Positions 17,781 through 27,095 are shown, numbered from the stretch's first letter. The stretch is DNA of 64,000 bases from an uncultured Actinomycetes bacterium (GCA_963800355.1 CAWDAP010000002.1:2608-66607), one strand, 5' to 3'. Translations and numbers: made by a program. The notes: generated from the sequence alone by a model not told the origin.

Positions 17781-19037
17781 TCATCGGTAGTCGACCGCCG
17801 TCCGCGGCAGGTCGCGCAATCGCGGCATCGGCGAGGGGAGCAGCCAGAGCACCCCGGCGAGCCCGCCGATCGCCGTCACCCACATCGTCGCCTGCAGCCC
17901 GACGACCGCCGCCAGCAGGCCGCCGGCGAGGGCGCCGATCGGCCGCACGCCGTAGTTGACGAGCAGGAAGGCGCCCGAGACGCGCGCCCGCAGCGGGTCG
18001 GGGACGACCGAGGCATAGAGGGCGCCGAGGCCGACGTCTAGAACCATTACTCCGACCCCGGTGAAGAACTCCGCGATCGCCACCACCAGCGCCGGCGAGG
18101 ACGAGCCGGCGGCGAGCGGGACCAGCAGCAGCGGCGCCGGCATCAGGACGAAGGCGATCACCAGCGACTTGCCGAGCCCGAACTGGCTGCTGAGGCGCCG
18201 CGTCAGGAGCGCCCCCAGGAGCGAGCCGATGCCGCCGATCGCCAGCGCGATCCCGATCGCCCCGGCGCTCATCCCCAGGTTCCTGGTCGCGTAGAGGACC
18301 AGCAGCGCGTAGAAGGCGGTGTTGAAGAGGTTGAGCGTCGCCGTGGCCAGCAGCGAGGCGCGGATCAGCGGCGTGCGGGCGATGAAGCGGCCGCCGGCGG
18401 CGAGGTTCTCGCGGGCGGTGCCGCTGCCGGCCGGAGCAGCCTCGATCGCCTCGGCGCGGCCGACGAAGAAGGCGGAGCCGAGGTAGGAGAACGAATCGAG
18501 GAGGATCGCGAACGGCGCCGTCAGCCACTGCACCAGCAGGCCGGCGACGCCGCTGCCGGCGACGAGCGAGGCGGCGCGGCTCGCCTGCAGCAGCGAGCTG
18601 CCGTCGATGTAGTCGTCGCGCTCCAACAGCGAGACGAAGACGACGTCGTAGGCGACGCTGAAGATCACCCCGAGCGAGCCGGCGGCGAAGGCGACGAGGT
18701 AGAGCTGGGCCAGGGTGAGGACGCCGAGCGCCCAGGCCGCCGGGATCGTCAGCAGCAGCGCCGCCCGGCCGAGGTCGGCGGCGACCAGCAACTGACGGCG
18801 GCGCGGCCGACGATCCGCCCAGGCGCCGGCATGGATCGCGAAGAACAGGTTCGGCGCCAGCGCCGCCGCGGTCAGCAGGCCCATCTGGGCGGCGCCCGCG
18901 TCCAGGGTCAGCGCGGCGAGCAGCGGGATCGCCAGCAGCGAGACCTGGTCGCCGAAGAGCGAGATCGTCTGGCCGGTCCAGAAGTCGCGGAAGGACGGGT
19001 TGCCGCGCAGCAGCCGCGGTGGCGAGGGCCGGGTCAT
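17781..19037 (-). CDS. MFS transporter (EntS/MFS_3-like)
   Basis: About 12 hydrophobic segments and an N-terminal FRDFWTGQTISLFGDQV motif. The ATG overlaps the stop of the upstream wHTH gene (ATGA at 19034-19037). Confidence 0.8.
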   Translation of the reverse strand: MTRPSPPRLLRGNPSFRDFWTGQTISLFGDQVSLLAIPLLAALTLDAGAAQMGLLTAAALAPNLFFAIHAGAWADRRPRRRQLLVAADLGRAALLLTIPAAWALGVLTLAQLYLVAFAAGSLGVIFSVAYDVVFVSLLERDDYIDGSSLLQASRAASLVAGSGVAGLLVQWLTAPFAILLDSFSYLGSAFFVGRAEAIEAAPAGSGTARENLAAGGRFIARTPLIRASLLATATLNLFNTAFYALLVLYATRNLGMSAGAIGIALAIGGIGSLLGALLTRRLSSQFGLGKSLVIAFVLMPAPLLLVPLAAGSSSPALVVAIAEFFTGVGVMVLDVGLGALYASVVPDPLRARVSGAFLLVNYGVRPIGALAGGLLAAVVGLQATMWVTAIGGLAGVLWLLPSPMPRLRDLPRTAVDYR

Positions 19038-19672
19038 CGCCCGTCGGCCTCCGGCGGCGGCTTCCCCGGCCGGGGAAAGGAGAAGCTGATCACGGCGACC
19101 GGCCGCGCACCCTCGGCCGGGGGCTCGTGGTCTTCCAGTCGCCGCAGGTACGGCTCGATCAGGGCGCGGACGCCGCGGTTGAAGTCGGCCAGCTCGGCGG
19201 CGGTCATGTAGACGAGGGCGTCGCGGAAATCGGACGCGTCGATCCACTCCTGGTCCTCCTCCCCGCGCCGGTCCAGCCAGTCGAGCACGGTCTGGAAGTG
19301 GCGCTCGGCGACGATCCGGGCGAGCAGCGTCCCGGCCGCGTCGGCGTCCTCGTCGGGCCCGCCCGTGTCCCATTCGGTCACCGTCGCCGTCGCCCGCCAG
19401 GGCCGCTCGCGGCCGCGGCCGCCACCCGCCTCCTCGACCAGCCCGTACTTCGCCAGCTGGCGCAGGTGGAACGAGCAGCTGGCGGCGCTCTCCCCGATCC
19501 GCTCCCCCGCCTGCGTCGCCGTCAACGGCCCCTCGAACCGCAGCCGGGAGATCAGCTCAAGCCGGATCGGATGCGCCAGCGCCCGCAGCGCCCGCGGCTC
19601 GGTCAGCTGGACCGTCCGATGCTCCTCCTCCTTCACCTCTCGAAAGGTAGCTTTCGAAAGGGTCCTTTTCAA
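19034..19672 (-). CDS. ArsR-type winged-helix regulator with about 110-aa C-terminal extension
   Basis: LRALAHPIRLELISRL...SCSFHLRQLAKYGLVEE. Coupled to the MFS gene. The start is uncertain because the first 116 nt overlap the upstream GGDEF/HD-GYP ORF; a GTG at 19636 is an alternative. Confidence 0.65.
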   Translation of the reverse strand: MKRTLSKATFREVKEEEHRTVQLTEPRALRALAHPIRLELISRLRFEGPLTATQAGERIGESAASCSFHLRQLAKYGLVEEAGGGRGRERPWRATATVTEWDTGGPDEDADAAGTLLARIVAERHFQTVLDWLDRRGEEDQEWIDASDFRDALVYMTAAELADFNRGVRALIEPYLRRLEDHEPPAEGARPVAVISFSFPRPGKPPPEADGR

Positions 19673-21659
19673 CAGCCGGAACGACCCGCTCGACGAAGGT
19701 GGCGACGAGCTGGGGGTCGAACTGGGTGCCGGCGCCGCGCTGGAGCTCCTCGGTCGCCTGCTCGCGGCTGAGCGGGGGCCTGTAGGCGCGGCCTTCGGTC
19801 ATCGCGTTGAAGGCGTCGCAGATGAAGATGATGCGAGCGCCGAGGGGGATGTCGGTGGCGGCCAGCTGCTCGGGATAGCCCTGGCCGTCCCAGCGCTCGT
19901 GGGTCGAGCGGACGACGCTGGCGACCGGGCCCAGGGCGGGCGCGGCCTCGAGGATGCGCTGGCCGATCACCGTGTGCTTGCGCATCAGCTCCCACTCGTC
20001 CGCGGTCAGGTCATCGCCCTTGTGGAGGATCTCGTCGGGGATCGCGATCTTGCCGATGTCGTGCAGCTCGGCGGCCCGCACGACGACGTCCTGTTCCTCC
20101 GCGTCGAGCGCGAGCGCTTTGCCGAACGCGGCGGCGAGGCGGGCGACGCCGTCGAGATGGCGCTCGAGGTCGGGCGCGCGCTCGTGCAGCATCCGCAGCA
20201 GGACACCGCGGGTCTGGCTGCGGGCGGAGTCGGCGCGGCGGCCCTTTTTCGCGTACATCCGCCGGTCGGCGACACGCAGCGCGTCGGTCGACGTGGTGAC
20301 CTCGACCGGGATCAGCACCTTGCCCCAGGAGGCGGTGATCGCGAATCCCTTGCCGCGTTCGGTCAGCGCCTCCTCGGCCGTCTCGCAGATCGCTTCGGCC
20401 GAGATGTCCCGGGTCGCGCCGAGCAGGCAGAACTCGTCGCCGCCGAGCCGGTAGGCGCGGCCGAAGGGCTCGACCGCAGCCGCCAGCTTGCCGCCGAGCC
20501 GCTGCAGCAGGTCGTCTCCGGCCGGGTGGCCGAAGTCGTCGTTGTAGGCCTTGAAGCCGTCGAGGTCGTAGAGCGCGAGGACTGTCGCCCGCGGCGGCGA
20601 GGCCGAGACCGCCGCCTCGAGGTCGGCCATCAGGGCGCGGCGGTTGGCGAGGCCGGTGAGGGCGTCGGTCACCGCCTTGGTCTCGGTCACCGCGAGGATG
20701 CGCGTGTTCTGGTTGAAGGTGATCGCCAGCCGGGCGAGGACGGCGAGCCCGCAGGCGGCGCCGCAGATGATGGCGGCGACGCCGATCGAGACGGAGCTGC
20801 CGACGACGAGCAGGCCGATCCCGACCACGCCCATCGCCAGCGGCAGCGCGATCCGGCGCCGCTCGGTGCGGCCGACCGTCGCCCCCGCCTCGGCGGCGGG
20901 CAGCCAGGAGGCCGCGGCCAGCAGGAGGAAGGCGAGCGGCCAGCCGATGCTGGCGACGTCGAGGGCGGCGGTCGACTGGCCGGCGACCGAGAGGTAGACG
21001 ACGTCGCAGGCGCCGAACAGCAGCAGGGCGGCGGCGATCAGCAGCCAGGTCCCTTCGGTCCTCCACCTGGCGGCGGCGAAGGCGCCGCTCAGCAGGCCGA
21101 AGAGGACGAGGTCGAAGCAGGGGTAGGCGAGGCTGACGGCGGCGCCGAATGCCTCGCCTGCGAGCGCTTCCAGCACCGGCGGGAAGACCAGGACGGCGGC
21201 GACCCCGGCCACGGCGAGGGCGCCGATCAGCCCGTCGACCCAGGCGAGCGAGTCGAGGTGGGGAACCCGGGCCCGCAGCAGCAGCACCAGCGCCAGGTAG
21301 CTGGCGGGGTAGAAGGCGAGGAAGCCGAGGTCGGCGGGCGAGGGGAAGGGAGCCGGGCTGGCGTAGTAGAGGACGACCGAGTAGTAGGTCTGCCCCGACG
21401 CCCAGAAGAGCAGGCCGGCGCCGAGAGCCAGCCACGCCCTCCGCTCGGCCCCGAACAGCGCCGCCCGGGCGAGGACGATCAGCGCCGCCCCGAGGACGAC
21501 CGCGTCATAGACCCAGCGACCAATCGCGTCCTGGAACGCTTCGCTGCCGAAGGGCCGGAGAACGACAGCCGCATACAGAGCCAGAAACCCGGTCAGCAGT
21601 ATCAGCGAGAGAAAGGCGAATCTGCGCGCGCGCCAATGGCGTTTGGACGGCGTGTCCAC
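19557..21659 (-). CDS. membrane sensor with GGDEF diguanylate-cyclase and HD-GYP phosphodiesterase domains
   Basis: About 9 N-terminal TM segments, a GGDEF motif (YRLGGDEFCLL), then an HD-GYP domain (AAELHDIGKI ... THERWDGQGYP). Confidence 0.8.
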   Translation of the reverse strand: MDTPSKRHWRARRFAFLSLILLTGFLALYAAVVLRPFGSEAFQDAIGRWVYDAVVLGAALIVLARAALFGAERRAWLALGAGLLFWASGQTYYSVVLYYASPAPFPSPADLGFLAFYPASYLALVLLLRARVPHLDSLAWVDGLIGALAVAGVAAVLVFPPVLEALAGEAFGAAVSLAYPCFDLVLFGLLSGAFAAARWRTEGTWLLIAAALLLFGACDVVYLSVAGQSTAALDVASIGWPLAFLLLAAASWLPAAEAGATVGRTERRRIALPLAMGVVGIGLLVVGSSVSIGVAAIICGAACGLAVLARLAITFNQNTRILAVTETKAVTDALTGLANRRALMADLEAAVSASPPRATVLALYDLDGFKAYNDDFGHPAGDDLLQRLGGKLAAAVEPFGRAYRLGGDEFCLLGATRDISAEAICETAEEALTERGKGFAITASWGKVLIPVEVTTSTDALRVADRRMYAKKGRRADSARSQTRGVLLRMLHERAPDLERHLDGVARLAAAFGKALALDAEEQDVVVRAAELHDIGKIAIPDEILHKGDDLTADEWELMRKHTVIGQRILEAAPALGPVASVVRSTHERWDGQGYPEQLAATDIPLGARIIFICDAFNAMTEGRAYRPPLSREQATEELQRGAGTQFDPQLVATFVERVVPAVEKDPFESYLSRGEGGGASDGPADRAAGAAGAGASDPA

Positions 21660-21665
21660 ACGGCG

Positions 21666-22364
21666 TCATCGACGGGATTCACCCGTTCCTTTAGGAGGCG
21701 TTCCCTTCGCAAACTCGTCCCGCCGCTTGACCAGCAACCACTGCGGCTTCTCGCCGCCGCCGGTCCGCTGCAGCGCGAACCCGCCCTTCAGCCTCTCGCC
21801 ATGGAGGACGAAGACGGCATGGCCGCGCTCCATCGCCTCGGGCCAGGGAACCCGGCCGCCCTGCTCGTAGGTGCCGCGGTCCCAGATCTTCACCCAGCCG
21901 CCGTCGAGCTCGCCCTCGAAGTCGTTGTGGGCGAGCGAGTGGTCGGCGACCTCGATCGCCAGCCGCTTCACCGCCGGGTCCATCGAGGGCTCCTTCGGCA
22001 CCGCCCACGATTTCATCGCGCCCTCGACCTCGAGCCGCAGGTCGTAGTGGTGAGCGGTCGCCTGGTGCTCCTGAACGACGAAGACGCCGGCCGCGACCCC
22101 GCGCACGGCGAACTGCTCGTGCCCCTCGGGCTTGACCGTTTCGACCTCGACCTCGCCGACGGCCGCCCCAGGCGGCCCCTCGCGGAGAAAGGCGACGAGC
22201 GCATCGACCGCCTCGCGGTCGCCCTCGGCGTGGACCCGGACGCTGCCGTCCTCGGCGTTCCGCACCCAGCCGAGCACGCCGAGCTCGCGGGCCCGCCGCC
22301 GGGTCGCGTCGCGGAACCCGACTCCCTGAACACGTCCCGTAACGGTCGCCCGCACCGCTCTCAT
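21666..22364 (-). CDS. acylphosphatase fused to a LigD-type 3'-phosphoesterase (PE) domain
   Basis: The N-terminus has VTGRVQGVGFR...GWVRN (acylphosphatase). The C-terminus has FVVQEHQATAHHYDLRLE..MKSWAVPKEPS..KRLAIEVADHSL..DFEG (LigD PE His/Asp/Arg signature). I chose ATG at 22364. Confidence 0.7.
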   Translation of the reverse strand: MRAVRATVTGRVQGVGFRDATRRRARELGVLGWVRNAEDGSVRVHAEGDREAVDALVAFLREGPPGAAVGEVEVETVKPEGHEQFAVRGVAAGVFVVQEHQATAHHYDLRLEVEGAMKSWAVPKEPSMDPAVKRLAIEVADHSLAHNDFEGELDGGWVKIWDRGTYEQGGRVPWPEAMERGHAVFVLHGERLKGGFALQRTGGGEKPQWLLVKRRDEFAKGTPPKGTGESRR

Positions 22365-22393
22365 GCGGTGAGAATAGGTCGCCCGCCGTGCCG

Positions 22394-24022
22394 CTAGGAC
22401 GCGGGGACCCGCGGCAGCGGCTGCAGCCGTTTCGCTTCGACCCGTGCCAGCTTGCGTTTCAGCCGCTGCAGCTGACGCTCCTGGGTGGCGGAGCGTTCGT
22501 AGCCGGGGTGGGCGATGTTTTCGGTCTCTTCGGGATCCGTTTTGAGGTCGTACATCTCCCACTGCGGCCGCTTCGAGTTGCGTTTAGCCGTGTCGTAGTA
22601 GCGGGCGAGCTTCCAGCGCCCTTCGCGGATGCTGACGATGTGGTTGGGTGGTTTCGGGTAGGGCGGGTTGTTCTGACCGGACTGGTAGTCGTCGTAGGTG
22701 AAGACGACGTAGTCCTGGGCCGAGCCGCCCTTCGTCGGCTCCAGCACCAGCTGCGAGTAGTCCACCCCCTGCCAGTCCGAGCGGGCCGAGGGCGGCGCCC
22801 CCGCCAGGCTCGCCAGGGTCGGCAGGAAGTCGACGTGGGAGACCAGGGCGTCGCTGCTCAGCGGCCGCGGGAAGAGCTTCGGGTTGGAGTAGACGAGCGG
22901 GACCCGGATCGCCTCCTCGTAGAAGTTGAAGTTCTTCTGCCGCAGGCCGCCGTGGGCGAGGCCCATCTCGCCGTGGTCGGCGGTGCGGACGATCAGGGTG
23001 TCGTCGAGCAGCCCGGTCTCTTCGAGCTTGTCGAGGACGCTGACCAGGTAGCTGTCCGAGGAGCGCATCAGGTTGCCGTAGTAGTTGAGGTAGGCGCGCT
23101 TTTCGGCCGTCGAGCTCGGCTTGCCGGTGAGGTTGAAGATGCGGAGGAATTCTTCCTGCACCGAGGGCTTGGTCGAGAGGTCTTCTTCGTTGGTCGGCGG
23201 CACGTCGACGTCGCCGGCCAGCCAGCTCGGGTCGTAGCCGGCTTCTTCGAAGGTGCGGCTCGGGTAGAAGAGGACGTCGTGCGGGTTGACCAGTGAGATG
23301 ACGAGGAAGAACGGCTGCTGGCGGGCCGCGGCCGCGCTCAGGTATTGCATCACGCCCTCCTCGCCGGCCGCCGGGTCGCCGGTCGATTCGACGAAGCGGC
23401 CGTCGTTGTCGACGTAGCCGCCGCCGGCCTCGGGGACGGTCTGGTTGGCGCCGGCGTCGGGCGGGTTCCAGCGCTCGAAGCCGTACTCGGCGAGGTCGGA
23501 GGGCTTGGCTTCGCCCGGCGTCGCCGGTTTCGAGCAGTGCCACTTGCCCTTGTAGACGACGTTGTAGCCGGCCGCCCGCATCACCGTCGCCGGGTTCGCC
23601 AGCACGCTCGGCGGCGGCATCTCGACCTGCGGGTATTCGTCGGCGGGCATGTCTTCCTCGAGCGTGTACTTGACCCCGTGCTGGGCCGGGAAGTAGCCGG
23701 TCATCAGGGTCGAACGCGCCGGCGAGCACATGCAGGCGTTGGTGAAGGCGCGTTCGAAGCTGAGGCCGTGGCGGCGCAGCCGCCGCATCCCCGGCATGTT
23801 CTCGCGCAGCCAGTGGCGGGGGAAGTGCTGCAGCGCCCGTTCCTGGTCGGTGAGGAAGAGGATCACGTTCATCCCCTTCACGTCCCGGCGGCCACCGCCC
23901 GCGGCGGCGAGTGCCCGCTCGACCCCCGTCCCCTGCGCCAGCAGCGCCGCCGCGGCGGCGCCGGCGCCGGTGCCGAGCAGCTGTTTGCGGGTCAGCCCGT
24001 CGCGGCGCTCCGAATCGCTCAT
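22394..24022 (-). CDS. Cys-type sulfatase (exported, Tat-like signal)
   Basis: CxPxR formylglycine motif (ACMCSPARSTLMTG), NVILFLTDQ, and a C-terminal sulfatase core (TADHGEM). The N-terminus is SERRDGLTRKQLLGTGAGAAAAALLA. The ATG overlaps the upstream stop (ATGA). Confidence 0.85.
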   Translation of the reverse strand: MSDSERRDGLTRKQLLGTGAGAAAAALLAQGTGVERALAAAGGGRRDVKGMNVILFLTDQERALQHFPRHWLRENMPGMRRLRRHGLSFERAFTNACMCSPARSTLMTGYFPAQHGVKYTLEEDMPADEYPQVEMPPPSVLANPATVMRAAGYNVVYKGKWHCSKPATPGEAKPSDLAEYGFERWNPPDAGANQTVPEAGGGYVDNDGRFVESTGDPAAGEEGVMQYLSAAAARQQPFFLVISLVNPHDVLFYPSRTFEEAGYDPSWLAGDVDVPPTNEEDLSTKPSVQEEFLRIFNLTGKPSSTAEKRAYLNYYGNLMRSSDSYLVSVLDKLEETGLLDDTLIVRTADHGEMGLAHGGLRQKNFNFYEEAIRVPLVYSNPKLFPRPLSSDALVSHVDFLPTLASLAGAPPSARSDWQGVDYSQLVLEPTKGGSAQDYVVFTYDDYQSGQNNPPYPKPPNHIVSIREGRWKLARYYDTAKRNSKRPQWEMYDLKTDPEETENIAHPGYERSATQERQLQRLKRKLARVEAKRLQPLPRVPAS

Positions 24023-25452
24023 CGCTTCCTCCTGAAGACGTCGACCGCGTCGCTGCCGAAGGCGGTCGCATAGACGTTGCGGCCGTCGGGGCTGACGGCC
24101 AGGGAGCTGACGCCGGCCAGAGCGCGCGCCGGCGTGCAGCCCGGCAGCTTGCGCGGAGCCAGGCAGCCCGCCCGGCCCGGCTTCTGGCGGACGACGCCGC
24201 TTTCGCGTTCGCGGTCGAGGACGTCGACCGCGCCGGTCCGGAAGGCGGCGACGTAGACGCTGGCGCCGTCGCCGGAGACGGCGAGCCCCTCGGGCGCCAC
24301 CATCGCCCGCCCGAACGAGCAGCCCGCCGAGCGCAGGTAGATCAGGCAGGCGGCGGTGCCGGGCTTCTGGGTGAGGAGGCCGGCGGCGGAGCGGCCGAAG
24401 GAAGTGACGCTGTTGCTGAACAGCGAGGTGACGTAGACGTCGCGGCCGGCGGGGCTGGTCGCGACCGCGTTGGCGCCCTTCAGCTCGGCGCCGACGGTGC
24501 ATCTCGCCAGCGGCTGGTCGGCGACGCAGGCGGCGCCCGCCGGAAGCTGGCCGAGGGCGCCGCCGGCGGAGACGTCGCGGGCGAGCGAGGTGACGGCGCT
24601 GGAGAGGGCGCTGCCGACGTAGAGGTTCTGCCCGTCGGGGCTGATCGCGAGGCCCTCGGGGGCGCCGAGCGCGACGCCCGTCGCGCAGCCGAAGATCGCT
24701 TCGGCGATGCACCCGAGCGGCCCCGGCAGCTGGTAGAGGACGCCGTTTTTCGCCCGCTTGAAGCTGGCGACGGCGTTGCCGAAGAAGGAGCCGGCGTATA
24801 CGTTTTCGCCGTCGGGGCTGACCACGACCACGTCGGGCCCACTGAGGCCGCGGCCGCTGGCGCAGTCCGGCAGCGACAGCCCGGAGACGCAGCCGCTCCC
24901 CGGCCCGAGCTGGCGCAGGGCGCCGGTTTCCTTGTTGCGGCGGAAGGTGGTCAGCGAGGCGCCGGCCCGCGCGGTTGCGTAGAGGAAGCGGCCGTCGGGG
25001 CTGAGCGCGACCGAGTTCGGCTGGTCGAGCCCGATCGCCCGCCCGCAGCCTTCGGCGCCGCCCGCGGCGACGCAGCCGGCGCTGCCCCGGGGCTGGACGA
25101 GCGCCCCGCTGAGCGGGTCGCGGTCGAAGACGGCGATCGCGTCGCTGCGCGAGGAGGCGACGTAGACGTTCTCGCCGTCGCCGCTGACCGCGATCGCCCG
25201 CGAGCCCATGAAGGGACCGGGGCCGAGCAGGGCGCGGGCCTTCGCGCAGCCGGCCTTCCCCGGGCGCGCGGCGAGGCAGCCGGCCCTCCCGGGCAGCTGC
25301 CGCAGGCGGCCGCGTCCGAGCAGCGAGCGCGGCGTGCGGTGCTTGCTCTGCGGGCGGTCGGGCCGCGCCGGCGCCGCGGCCGGGAGGCAGAGGGCGGCGA
25401 CCGCCGCGCACGCGGCGAGGAGCGCTGCGGCTCTTCCTCGGTCTCGGCCCAT
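24019..25452 (-). CDS. secreted 7-bladed beta-propeller (lactonase-like) repeat protein with a Cys pair per blade
   Basis: Signal peptide, then seven roughly 57-aa repeats of the form (S/G)(P/G)DG.N(V/L)Y(V/A).(S/A)...S..V..F.R....G.L.Q..G..GC......C..G..L. Confidence 0.6.
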   Translation of the reverse strand: MGRDRGRAAALLAACAAVAALCLPAAAPARPDRPQSKHRTPRSLLGRGRLRQLPGRAGCLAARPGKAGCAKARALLGPGPFMGSRAIAVSGDGENVYVASSRSDAIAVFDRDPLSGALVQPRGSAGCVAAGGAEGCGRAIGLDQPNSVALSPDGRFLYATARAGASLTTFRRNKETGALRQLGPGSGCVSGLSLPDCASGRGLSGPDVVVVSPDGENVYAGSFFGNAVASFKRAKNGVLYQLPGPLGCIAEAIFGCATGVALGAPEGLAISPDGQNLYVGSALSSAVTSLARDVSAGGALGQLPAGAACVADQPLARCTVGAELKGANAVATSPAGRDVYVTSLFSNSVTSFGRSAAGLLTQKPGTAACLIYLRSAGCSFGRAMVAPEGLAVSGDGASVYVAAFRTGAVDVLDRERESGVVRQKPGRAGCLAPRKLPGCTPARALAGVSSLAVSPDGRNVYATAFGSDAVDVFRRKR

Positions 25453-25513
25453 CGAACTGGAGCCGACCCTACAGTCGGCGCTCGGACAGCACGAGGGGCG
25501 CTGGACGACTCGG

Positions 25514-26767
25514 CTACGGCCGGCCGAGGACGCCGATGCGGAAGCCGAGCCAGGGGTAGGTGGCGGTGAAGAAGGCGTTGTCCTGCGGCTGCAGGCCGAC
25601 CGCCGAGAGCCAGAGCTGGTAGGCGGGGGCGTTGGCGATGCCGCCGTGCAGCCGCCGCCAGACCCGCGCCCCCTTCACCCCGAAGGGCGGCGGCGTGATC
25701 GTGTCGGTCCACTCGACCGCATTGCCGCCCTGGTCGAGGGTGCCCCAGGGCGAGCGGGTCAGCGCCTGGCCGACGCTGCCGAGGCTGCCCTGGAAGGCGC
25801 GCGCGTAGGCTTCGGGGTCGAGGCCGAGCGGGTTGACGGTGGCGCAGGCTTCGGCGCTCGCGGTCGCCGGGCACCAGCTCGGCGCCGGCTCGCTCATCGA
25901 GTGGAAGTTCGCCAGCGGCTGGGTCGCCCCGTTGAGGACGTTGCCGTTGCTCGGATCGAGCGCCGTCACCGCCGGCGCGTCGGCTTCGCCGGCGCCGAAG
26001 CTGCCGGGGTTGGTCGGGTACTTCCAGTAGGAGTAGGTGCCGCCGCCGCTGGGGTCGTAGTAGGCGGCCTTGATCCACTCGTCCTGGCTCGGCAGGACGA
26101 AGCCGCTGCGGTGGGAGCGGGTTGCGGCCCGTTCGTGCATGTCGTACATCCCGGTCTCGGTCCGGCGCGAGAGCCGCACCCGGTAGGTGAGGTAGCGGAA
26201 GCCGCCTTCGCGGCTCGGCTTGCGCGAGAGGACCCTGCCGTTGTAGAGCGAGTTGACGAAACGGGCGGCGCGGAGGAAGTTGGCGAAGCCGTAGGGCTTG
26301 TCGGCCCATTCGGGGGCGGCGAGCGAGTAGTGGCGCCCGCGCGGCGCACCGGCCGCGAAGTCGATCTGCCCGAAGCGGGGCCAGGCCTGGCCGCTCTCGA
26401 CCGAGCTGTAGAGGCGGTGGCGGTTGCGGCCGAGCGGGTCCGCGGTGTTGAGGAAGGCGACCCACTGCGCCACCGTCACCTCCAGCTCGCCGATCCCGTA
26501 GCGGTAGGGGACGCCGCCGACGTCCTGGCAGCCTTTCTTCGTCTGCGGCGCTTCGCCGCAGCCCCTGTAGACCGCGTCTTCGAAGGGCACGATCGCCACC
26601 GCGGGGTTCCCCGGCGCGCCGACGCGCGCCGTCTTCAGGGTCAGCACCGCCGGCTTCGGCGCCGCCGGCGAGGCGTCGGCGGCGGCCAGAAGGAGGCCGG
26701 CGGCCAGCAGGGCGAAGAGGAGGAAGAGGGGCAGGCGGGTGGCGAGGCGCTCGGTTCTGGTGGGCAT
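25514..26767 (-). CDS. FGE/SUMF1-fold (formylglycine-generating-enzyme family) protein, exported, atypical
   Basis: Signal/TM N-terminus. FGE-sulfatase-fold hallmarks (DEWIKAAYYDP...YSYWKYP; QGGNAVEWTD; ..RRLHGG...WLGFRIGV). The C-terminal catalytic Cys pair of canonical FGE is not visible. Confidence 0.65.
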   Translation of the reverse strand: MPTRTERLATRLPLFLLFALLAAGLLLAAADASPAAPKPAVLTLKTARVGAPGNPAVAIVPFEDAVYRGCGEAPQTKKGCQDVGGVPYRYGIGELEVTVAQWVAFLNTADPLGRNRHRLYSSVESGQAWPRFGQIDFAAGAPRGRHYSLAAPEWADKPYGFANFLRAARFVNSLYNGRVLSRKPSREGGFRYLTYRVRLSRRTETGMYDMHERAATRSHRSGFVLPSQDEWIKAAYYDPSGGGTYSYWKYPTNPGSFGAGEADAPAVTALDPSNGNVLNGATQPLANFHSMSEPAPSWCPATASAEACATVNPLGLDPEAYARAFQGSLGSVGQALTRSPWGTLDQGGNAVEWTDTITPPPFGVKGARVWRRLHGGIANAPAYQLWLSAVGLQPQDNAFFTATYPWLGFRIGVLGRP

Positions 26768-26900
26768 GAGCGCTCTATCGGTGGATGCGCCCGGTCCCAT
26801 TAATGCGGACCGCCGACCCGGACCCGTCGACGCGGGCCGCCGGCCCGAGCCTTTGGCCGACGCGGGAGCCAGCCAGAGCACCCGTTGATCCGTCCGCGCG

Positions 26901-27095
26901 ATGTGGCATATCTGCCGCGTGGCCGCGGACACCGACATCCTGCGTCGAGTTGCCTACGACGAGGCGCACCGCGCCCTGGCGGACCAGCAACCCGCGATCG
27001 AGCCGAGGTACCCGAGTCCCATGCAGGCCGAGGAACTCCCGCTCACCTGGAAGCGGCTCTGGCGCCTGCTGTTCGGGCGCGAAACTCCCTCCTGA
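26901..27095 (+). CDS. small hypothetical protein (64 aa)
   Basis: An ATG-initiated ORF with gene-like, very high GC3 inside a 375-bp divergent intergenic region. No family recognised. Confidence 0.3.
   Translation: MWHICRVAADTDILRRVAYDEAHRALADQQPAIEPRYPSPMQAEELPLTWKRLWRLLFGRETPS

Noticed and set aside
19365-22397. 1010-aa plus-strand ORF
   Set aside because: It is antisense to the GGDEF/HD-GYP and acylphosphatase-PE genes, which have clear catalytic motifs. Its composition is R/G/A/P/D-biased with no recognisable domain.
22394-25411. 1005-aa minus-strand ORF as a single gene (also 6336-8351 and 35597-37819)
   Set aside because: Only the C-terminal parts (sulfatase from 24022, PhzF from 7202, SGNH from 36397) carry family signatures and signal peptides. 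The upstream parts are out-of-frame overlaps with the true upstream genes.
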